Assembly: GCA_018398765.1 (NCBI GenBank)
Contig: JAHBMJ010000053.1
Coordinates: 1-58,444 of the forward strand
DNA: 58,444 bases
Source of the DNA: Chromera velia
Taxonomy: Eukaryota
Direction of reading: 5' to 3'
Shown piece by piece: positions 49,495 to 58,444 of this stretch. The stretch's first letter is position 1. Each line of letters starts with the position of its first letter. The position numbers were made by a program, and so were the translations under genes. The notes beneath the pieces were generated by a model. It did no database searches. It had not been told where the DNA came from and worked only from the letters and a program-made list of their open reading frames with translations.

Positions 49495-50564
49495 CTTCTC
49501 TCCGTTCTTGTTTCTGCAACTCCTGCGCACGGACAGGCCAAGTCGACTTCACTGAGTTTTGTGTCGGCATCATCGACTTCATGGGAGGGAAGATCACGAC
49601 GACAGGACCAACAGGGCAGAGGACCATGACTTTGGAGGAAGAGAACTTCAACAAATGGAAGTCCTTCAGGTCTGTGGATCACTGTGTGCCCGGCCGTGTG
49701 TCAGTCAGAAAAGGCAAAGAAGAAGAGAAGAAAAAAAAAGAAGCACACCGTCTGCGTCAATGGACGCAGAGAGTTTGCTCATGAATGAACCAATACTTGA
49801 ACATCCAAAACAGTGCTTGGGGGTTGGCGGATTTGCCCTGTTGCAAAATGTGCGCCAGGTCACCCATGAAGGTGCTTACGCTTCCCCTCTTTCCGCAGCA
49901 TCTTGTCTCCTCCTTGACGTGCTCACACAGTTTCTCCCTCTTTTTCACTTCCCTTCTCGTGTGCTCACCAATTCCCTTTTGCAGCGCTTGTTTGTCTTCC
50001 TTCCTGTTAGTCTACTCTCATTCACTTTACGTCACTTCACTTCCCTCTACTGCAGAACCCATTCAGAAGAGCACGCTCTTGCGGCTGCGGGGATCTCTCT
50101 GGATGACGAGAAGGACCTCAACAGGGCGCTCCTGAAGATCAAAATCAAAGGGTGTCTCTACGCGATCGTCGGGGGCATTCTGGCATTCCTCATGGCGGAA
50201 CCGATGGTCTGTCTCTCTCTCTCGTGTGTGAGTGACCCCTCTGTAGCATGCTCAGTGCTCCTTGCAGACCTCTCCGTTTCTCTCTCTCACAAATCTGGTT
50301 TCGGAAAGAAGGGTTGTTATTTGAAACGCATGTGGTCCAGCAGTACATAGCACGGGAGGCGTGTCGAACGAATTGAAGATTGTAGAGATTTTGAAAGGAA
50401 CGGGCATGCGCAAATATGGCAATCAAGGGAACAGTTTACGAGAGAGCAAAGCTTAGAGGAATTTGAATGCTGCCTCGATCGTTGTGTCGAACAGCGAGTC
50501 GATTGGCCCTGGAGAGGGAGGAAAGGAAGGTCATAGATGAAAGACGTACCGGTTGTGTGTGTGT

Positions 50565-50607
<43 letters not shown>

Positions 50608-50664
50608 TGTATGTGTATGTATATGTGTATGTGTGTGCGTGCGTGCGTGCGTGCGTGTGTGAGT

Positions 50665-50708
<44 letters not shown>

Positions 50709-51459
50709 GTGAGTGTGTGTGTGTGTGTGTGTGAGTGAGTGTGAGTGTGAGTGTGTGTGTGTGTGTGTGTGCGTGTATGAAAATGGAAGAGACCCAGATC
50801 TCAAAGTTTTTTCTCCCGTTCCCTTCTTGTGCGTCTTACGTGTCCGTTTTCAGATTTTGGTTTGTTACAAGGGGGGCATCGTTCTCCAGACAGAAGGTCT
50901 CCACGTGAGCCCTTTCCTTCTGGCCCTCGTTGTCGTTCCCCTCGTGAACCTGGTCTCTGAGTTCTTCATGGCATGGGATCACGCGACCAAGCAGACAGTC
51001 GCAACAGCCACGTTGGTCTTGGGTGAGATGGAGGGGGCAACGATTGTCCACAACACCCTCTGTCTGGGTTCCCTCATTTTGGCGATTGTCAACTTCAACG
51101 TGAATCGCCTGGGGAAAGTGGGACCTCACGGGGAAACGTTCAACGAGATCCTCATGTGGACATACAAGGCAGAGACCCTCACATTGATTATCTTCCAGTC
51201 GACTGTCTTCATGGTCTTCTGGTTCAAGAAGCGGTGGTATCTGTACGATGTCATCTGGCTGTTGTTGATGCTGCCCTTCTGCCTGGGTCTTCTGTATGGC
51301 CTCGCTTGGGCATTCGGAAGGGGGGAAATCGGAGCGAAGGCCATGGAGCATGCGATGCACCATGGGGGGGGGGATCACGGAGGGGGGGGGATTCAACACG
51401 AGGGGGGGCATGGGGACCTTCAGGCCGCTGGGCACGGGGGCCATGGTCATTTCATTTGA
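45424..51459 (+). CDS. EF-hand-containing cation/Ca2+ exchanger (NCL/EFCAX type, CaCA superfamily); 9 exons
   Basis: Exons 45424-45630, 46390-46720, 47118-47437, 47787-47972, 48493-48671, 49041-49153, 49537-49669, 50056-50206, 50854-51459, all phase-consistent. Alpha-1-like LPILNAFPEA...GLGTLTGTTV; two EF hands DANKSGSLSTAE and DADRSGQVDFTE; alpha-2-like SPFLLALVVVPLVNLVSE...GATIVHNTLCLG; multiple TM helices. Confidence 0.88.
50553..50777. repeat. Compound (GT)n/(GCGT)n/(GAGT)n intronic microsatellite; similar tracts at 4376-4430, 6897-6938, 15308-15400, 16582-16710, 20708-20767, 58206-58285
   Basis: Read directly from the sequence. Confidence 0.95.
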
Positions 51460-53636
51460 ACAAACAACGCACGGGAGAAGGAAGGAAGGGAAGAAAGAAA
51501 CGCATTTTGGGGGGGAGGCACGGAGGAAGAGGGGGTGACATTTGGATGGCGTTGAAGGAGTGCGAGGGAAACGCGTATGTCTGTTCTGAAATCGAAAAGA
51601 TGTGAAGATGGGAGTGAGTGGCCGTTGGTTAAGGGAAGGAAGAAGAGGGCGGTGGGTAACTGGGTGGGTGACGGCTTCCTTTCCTTTTCTGACTGTTCAG
51701 GTATTCCCAAGCTTTCTCCGCGTTCTGCCTCCCTCTCTTTCTTCGCTTTGACTTGTTTCACTCACCCCTCCGTCCACTTTTCCTTCAATTTTCTTGCCTT
51801 TTCTTTTTTCCGTTCTCTTTTTCTAGTACCTGCCGGTCAGCTCATTTCCGCCTTTGGTTTTTGATGTTTTTCACCATCCTCTCGCCCACCTGCCTGCTTT
51901 CGATTCACGATCCACCTTCAATTTTTTCTTTTCTTTCCGAAACGTCCGCACAGAATGGGATGAATACACTCGCCCATTTTTTCCATTTCCCGTTCCAATC
52001 CGTCATTCCTTTCATTGAAACGAAATGCCCGAGAGCACACTACTGACATTTGCGTGCTTGCTTGATCGTTTACACAAAGACAGAGTGCTGCAAGTGGAGA
52101 CAAAAAGTCGAGCAGAGGAAAAAGAAGAGAGGAGAAGAGGTGCTCATTCACTGGGCAAGTGTAGGCTGTCTGATGCACGGACCTTCGTTTGAGCGCTCCC
52201 TCCTTTTTCGTCTTCTATTCTTCCGATGTCGACCTTCTGTTCGCGTATCATCGATCTCCACTCTCATCTGACTCACAGCGAGAGAGCAGCAACGCAAATC
52301 TCGTCGAACAGGCATCAACAGACAAAGACACAAGTCGGAAAAGGAGTTTGAATGGCAGTAGGGGTGGGGGTGAGGGAAAAAGGGGGCGAACGGATTATGG
52401 TATAAAGGGGGGGTAAGCTAAGCATAAGCAGACGGACAGAGAGGCGTGGCCAGGACTGTAGGTGTGCTGAGCTGCGCCAAGTTTAGTTCTCTGTCTGTTT
52501 TGGTTCGCTCTTTTTTCTTCTCCAGTCTTCTTTTTGCAGAGCATGACAAGGGAACCGTGTTTCGCCTCCAGAATTCATCGGTGTTCTTTAGAGAAGGGAG
52601 GAAAACATCAGAGATGGCAGGCAAAAGCCTTGTTTAGGACGTTGTTGAAGACGATGCGTAAGAGAAAGAAACACTAGCCCAGATTGTGAAACACTAAATT
52701 TGTTAATGAAAAACAAAAATGACTTTCCAATTTTTTTCTAATTAAGAATTAAGGGAAGCCGTGGTCCTCCAGAGACCGGCCTAGAATATGCCTTTTATTC
52801 ATTTCTCTTTCAGTTTATAAGCTCTCTCTCCGAGTCTTTTTTTCTCTTTGAGACTCTCTCTCAGAATCTCTCTTTCTCTCTCATTTTTCTTTTTTTCTTT
52901 TAATTTTAATTATTAGGAGCTACGGCGACTGGGCCTAAAGGGTTTAGAATTGAATTCAAAACTGAGTAGGGATTGAAAGCAGATGTATGAATAGAATTAA
53001 AAAAAACCATAGATTACTAGATATATTATAACAATGTTTTCTATATTCAAAAAAATATGTATTTGATTTATTCTAAAAGTTTGACATCAGGACTTAGGCT
53101 CTCCATTTACTCTCACACGCCGTCAGCGTCCCTCGGTGCCTGTATTTGCCTGTGTAGCAGCAATCACCCCGGCAATAACCCGGCAATGGCATAACTGAGA
53201 TCTCCTTGAATTCGCATATGTGCGTGCGTGCATGGCCCCGGAAATCAAGTCAGTTTTAATTGCGACGCACGCAGAGAAACTGTGGGCGGAGACATACGGA
53301 GACAGCATGCTTGGCCCGGAGACGGCATGCATGCATGGAGACGGCATGGCATGTATGAGACAGTCAGTTTGCTTTCTGATAGCAATGTGCATGTACCGTG
53401 ACGTCAGATGCAGATGAATCATGAACAGCAACCAACCGACACTTGCACCATCCGATTCCGAACAGCGCCTGAACGCTTTTGACCGGCTTACTTCCATGCG
53501 CAAGCAGAGTAGACGGGTCTGCTAGCTCCTCGGCAACCATGCATGGCGGCGCATACACCCAATAATCTTCTCTTCCACTTTGGAGCTTATGTCCACCTGG
53601 TTGTATTTCTTTTGAACAGTATCTTGACAACCTGCA

Positions 53637-55164
53637 ATGCCGAGCAGAGCGGACTTTATTTGTGGCTTGCTTCCTCTCCTGCTTACCACAGCCAAAGCCT
53701 GCAGCTCGGACCTTGACTGCTCCCTGAATGGCAGGTGCGTGTCATCAAACTGTGAGTGCTCCGACATCTGGACGGGCCTCGCATGCGACATCCTGAAGAC
53801 TTCACAGCCTGCGCGCATAGAGTCCTACGGGGGACAGAAGAATTTTGCTTCCTGGGGCGGCAACGTGATCGCGTTTGGCGGCAAATTCCACCTCTACGTG
53901 GCGGAGATGGTGGGCCAGTGCGGCTTGCAAACGTGGACAACGAACAGCCAGATCGTCCACGCGACCAGCGACACGATTGACGGGCCCTTCGAGAAAGAGG
54001 ATGTGGCTGTGGCGCCCTGGGCACACAATCCTCAGATAGTTCACGTTCCGTCGCACCTCAGGGCGGGAGGGGGTGATTTATTTGTGCTCTTTCACATAGG
54101 AGACGGCACGGGGAGTGAGACCCGGGATTGCAGCAAGAGCCTCCGTCACTGTGCCGTCTCCCCGTCTCCCAGCCCCCCTCCGAGAGACGGCCAGGCGCCG
54201 TTTCACACTGCCCCGTCTCCAGAGGGCCCCTGGACCCTTCAGCACCTCCCCTTCGACTGCAACAATCCTGCACCGATGCTTCGTACAGACGGCAGCTGGA
54301 TGCTGATTTGCAACGGAGGCGGGTGGGTCCTCTGGTCAGCACCAGAGCTTGCTGGGCCCTGGACGATTGCTGCGAAGCTTTCGAGACCGGCAGCGTCTCT
54401 GGGGGCGGGGGTGCATTACGAGGACCCGTTTTTGTGGGAGGACGACGGGGGGCACCTCCACGCACTGGGTCACGCCTACAACAACACGACACCTTGTGAC
54501 AAGTGAGACGGCATGCTTGAGCCAGATTCTTTGTACTTATTTGTGTATTCCGAATAAAGCCTCCTCGAAGTGAGGTTTCGCTGCCGTCTCTCCACATGTT
54601 TTCGTAAGTTTGGATGATGCGAGCAGTTTTGCATATCTGTATTTTCGAGTGTAAATGTATGTGTGCATGCACATGTATGTGCATGAGTTCAAACTATGTA
54701 CACAGTAGATGTGCACATGTATGAATGTATGTACGAAATACTATGTATGTTTGTGTGTGTGCATGTATATGTATGCATGTAAGTAAGCATGCATATATGC
54801 ATACATGCATGTAACGCTTCCATGCAGGTGTGATGACCTCCTGTTGTCTGTCCACATGTTCTCTGGGGACCAGGGCCGGGTCTGGGAAGTCTCTCCAAAT
54901 CAGCCGTTCCTCCATGAAGTGCGGGACAGGGACGGCAAAGAGGTGTCCTTCTCCACCCGCGAGAGACCCAAGCTGATCTTCACCGACGGGAGACCCACGC
55001 ACCTTGTGACGGGAGTAAGTCCCCTGGTCAACTGCGCCCCCACGCCCCGCGTGGACTGCAAGACGGCGCCTGGCGGGTGGTGGACCTTCACACTCATCCA
55101 GCCCCTCGGTGCCGCGGCGCCCTCGACAGAATCTGATATCACTACCACCGAAGCCGTCATCTAG
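53637..55164 (+). CDS. Secreted glycoside hydrolase, five-bladed beta-propeller (GH43/GH117-like) with N-terminal EGF-like module; 2 exons
   Basis: Exons 53637-54502 and 54828-55164. Signal peptide; CSSDLDCSLNGRCVSSNCECSDIWTGLACD; propeller motifs SWGG, HNPQI, NNPAP, EDPFLW, RERPKLIF. Confidence 0.8.
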
Positions 55165-55821
55165 GTGGGCCGGGAATCCATCGATCTTCCGTTATTTGCT
55201 GTCCGGTGGTCTGCGCCAGCCTGAGGCCACTCACCGTAGTCCATCGCCGATTCGGAAACACATTTTATCAATGATGGTCGGTGATGGTACATTGCAGCAC
55301 GGCGCCCTCTCCCGTTCTTCATCTCCTGTCTGCCCTCCGCGCGGACCGTGGGGAGGCGAGTGCAGCTGCCAAGCCAACCGCGCGGACCGGCACCCCGTGC
55401 CCCCCCAACTATATAAGGGCCAACTTGAATCTCACCCCTTTATCTTCAGTCATTCGAAGTTGACATTACAGCATGCAAGCAGGTCATGCGGTCTTTGAAA
55501 GTACATATAAGAAAATGGTTTTCTAGATGGTTTTTCCGATTTTTTAACTTGTCACCTGAATAATGTTTAAAAATATCTATGCATGTGGTTAGACATGTGG
55601 TGTAAAATAGATTTATGTAGATTCAACTACTAGATTGATTAAAAGAAGTTTGAACTTTACATACACTGTGCTGTTAGGAGTAACCAACTTAGTTTGGTTA
55701 CCGAGGCGGCCGTTAGGCCGCTCGGTAACCATTTTTATGGTTATGGTAATCCTGTAGAGTCACATTGATTAGCGTTGTTTCGGTAACCAAAACAGTGGTA
55801 ATCGTTCTTTTAAGCAAAACA

Positions 55822-56723
55822 CTAGGCGTAGGACATCAAAATCAAATAATAAAACATAACATCATTTTTTTCAGTTTTTTTTTTTTTATATTTGATTTTG
55901 ATTTTTTTTATTTTTGAAACTAGTTTTGAATTAAACGATCAAGACCTAGGTCAAGTCATTTCAAAACACTAGTCAAGATGTAAGTTCTAACTGTTTTGAT
56001 CTTTTTTATAAAAATCTACGAAACACTTTATTTACAATTGTTTTCATTGAGATCCATTGAGAGTAAAGACAATGACCTCAATCACAGCTTTTAGGCTTGG
56101 AGAACAGAATGAGGCTCTAGCACATCGTAGTGATCCGCTTCCACTTTCTGCTGCCAAAGCAAAAAAATTTCTTTCTTCATCTCCTTTTTACCTAGGACAC
56201 ACAGTCTTCTGTATATATCAGTTTCTTTTCCAAAGATGTGAATCCGCACGTCCTTCATGAATGAGAAGCAAATCATTTCCACATACCCACCCCATACACG
56301 CCCTTCAATGAGGCGACCTTCCAGAGCACGGGCATATTTATCTATGTCAAGACTCCGTCTGCCGGACAGGCCCTCGTCAGACAGAAAGCCGAGTCTCTTG
56401 ACTTCGTCGGCACAACAGAGCGTAATCCAACCTTCCTCCCCCCCGATCGGTATGCCAAACACAAGGGAAATGCAAAAATTATGTAAGTCAGCCTATCGTG
56501 TACAGACTAACTTCAAAATTTATCTCCATAAAAATCGATAAAATTGCTTTCAAAAATCCTAAAACAATAAATTTGAATTTTTGAAGACGTTTTTAGGTGA
56601 CCGGAAGGTCCTAGTAGTAACCTATAGGTCAAATTGTACATTTTTTGCATTTGAATCATATCGTCATTTTTTTTTTGTTTTGATTATTATTTTTGATTAT
56701 TGTTTTTAATATCCTACGCCTAG
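55822..56723. mobile_element. Non-autonomous TIR transposon with 8-bp TSD, carrying an OTU protease gene fragment
   Basis: TIRs CTAGGCGTAGGACATCAAAA / CTAGGCGTAGGATATTAAAA. Exact TSD GCAAAACA (55814-55821, 56724-56731). Confidence 0.85.
56091..56462 (-). pseudogene. C-terminal half of an OTU-like cysteine protease domain
   Basis: Motifs Y...WGGYVEM...VRIHIF...IFLLW...DHYDVL match the OTU WGG..E and HY(D/N) signature. The N-terminal catalytic DGNC motif is not seen. Confidence 0.7.
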
Positions 56724-57678
56724 GCAAAACAAATTAGTGGGTAAATCGAGTACCAAAGATAGATTTATTCTAAAGTTCTCTTATGTCTGATCGCTGCTTG
56801 AATTTTTTGTATGCCAACGCGTGCACGCAGATTATTTTCGCTATGATGCCTAGCTGGCGAAGATGAGTGCCTTAAACCACTCATTGTTTGCACTAGTGAC
56901 CAAGTAATCACAAACAGAATACAAACATCATAAGGCATGCACAATTGAATGAACAGCAATTAAGCAGCGCAACCAATATACATTGAAACGATCAATTCAT
57001 ACAAACACCAACAACCATAAACAGCATCAAGCCCAACACAATCAGAAATGAAAAGAAACAAAAGGGTGACGCCAATAACTTTTTTCTCCTCCATGTATGT
57101 TAATATGCGCAAATTATAATTCTTGTTGAAAGTTTTGTAGTACGAAGATCAAACTAGCTGGCAATTTAGAAATGAACCGTCACATAAGTATTAGCTGTAG
57201 CAACTGATCTAGCAACTGATTGTGCCCGTATCATCATGGGCCGTATGGAGTCAAACTATAAATTTAGCTACTAATCTTATTATTCTCTATAATTTATAAA
57301 AACTAAAAACTCTAGTAAAAACTATTATAAAAATTATATGTTTTAACTAGAATTGAAATGAATTCATATTCAATTCAATTAGTGGCATTATTGAGCGGCT
57401 GGGCTGCCATAGTTGGGCTCTAGCTATAGCTAGATATTCAGCTATAATAGCCTAATTACATAATAGCACTATTTGTGTAAAGTTTATAATAAATTGAGTC
57501 AGTGAATGATATTACAGACATTCATCCTATCCTCTCCTACTACTTCGATCATGCCACTGATTTTACTGATTTGAGTCACTAAAATTTAAAGTATGCAATT
57601 ATAAATATTATGTGGCCTCTTTCTTCTTCAATTTTTACTTCAAGTCAATTCTCTTTCCAGCGCATGAATCAAGTCGAG

Positions 57679-57952
57679 CTAGCTCATGATAACATCCCCT
57701 GAATCATCTTTCTCCTCTTTTTCTTTTTCTTTTTGACCTCCATCCTGAGATTTCTCCCTCTCCATCCGATCTCTCATCTCCGCAAATTCCTTCACGAACG
57801 TCTTGTCGAAGTGCGCAAACACCTCCTTCAGAAGCACCAGAGACTCCCGCAGAATGCTCACCGCAGGCCTTCCTGTGGTCTGCAGCCTGAGTGTGAACAT
57901 CGTCTGGCCACTCGGGTGGCTCGGCGTGTACCCGCAGTACTCGACCTCTGGG
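57679..57952 (-). CDS. POLR1D: RNA polymerase I/III shared subunit AC19 (RPAC2, Rpb11 family), terminal exon; gene probably continues beyond the window
   Basis: After a TGCAG acceptor: PEVEYCGYTPSHPSGQTMFTLRLQTTGRPAVSILRESLVLLKEVFAHFDKTF, matching the RPAC2 PEVEFCGY..PHPS......R.QTTG..A...L consensus, plus an acidic tail and TAG. The upstream EDHTLGN exon is not found in the window. Confidence 0.8.
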
Positions 57953-58245
57953 CTGCATGCAGTGCATTGATTGCATGAACGTGCACCCACAAATTACGAA
58001 TTGCGTGGGGGAAGGGGGCGGTGGGTGACTGTCCTGCATTTCGTGAGCACGGCCTTCGCGAGGAAGACAGGGTGCGGCAGGATTCATTCAAAGAGAAGAA
58101 TGCGAGGATCCTCGTCAAGTCGGACCGAAACCTTCCAAGGGTCGCAACACAAAGGGCACAAAGAATCTTCCCCTGTCGCGCGATCTCCATGCATGCATGT
58201 GTATACGCGCGCGCGCGCACGCGCACGCACACAGATACACACACA

Positions 58246-58286
<41 letters not shown>

Positions 58287-58444
58287 CAAGAGCGACGGAG
58301 ACAGACACACACAGACACACAGACTATACGGAGATGTTTCTTCTTCTCCCTCCTTTTCTTCATGTACACAACAGACAAAAAGACACACAGACACACACAA
58401 AGACACAGACATAGACACAGACACAGGAAGAGGCGGGGGGGGGG

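Noticed and set aside
57990..58200. Possible upstream exon of the AC19 gene
   Set aside because: No EDHTLGN-like motif in the minus-strand frames examined; treated as intron.

Overview
Eukaryotic nuclear DNA: intron-rich, GC-rich genes with microsatellite-filled introns alternate with AT-rich, transposon-derived spacers. Abundant TGCATGCA, frequent GTC-type splice donors and the gene content suggest a chromerid/apicomplexan-related alveolate such as Chromera (inference). Recognisable genes are an 18-exon mitochondrial succinyl-CoA ligase beta subunit, an FGE-sulfatase-domain secreted protein, a 9-exon EF-hand cation/Ca exchanger (NCL/EFCAX type), a secreted beta-propeller glycoside hydrolase and the last exon of RNA Pol I/III subunit AC19, plus several hypothetical genes. 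Mobile DNA includes a non-autonomous LTR element with a 5-bp TSD, two 8-bp-TSD TIR elements (one carrying an OTU protease fragment), TA-flanked MITE/foldback elements, LINE-like 3' ends and a 5'-truncated Penelope/TERT-like RT insertion whose empty site is present elsewhere in the window. The most striking feature is an intronless 1028-aa ORF (23208-26294) built as two tandem modules. Each module is an array of 18-aa CxH-x6-CxxC repeats with hypervariable positions (11 and 9 repeats) followed by an apparently intact HNH nuclease domain, a natural TALEN/ZFN-like architecture. Repeat pairs across the window differ almost only by C>T/G>A transitions, suggesting RIP-like or methylation-driven hypermutation.
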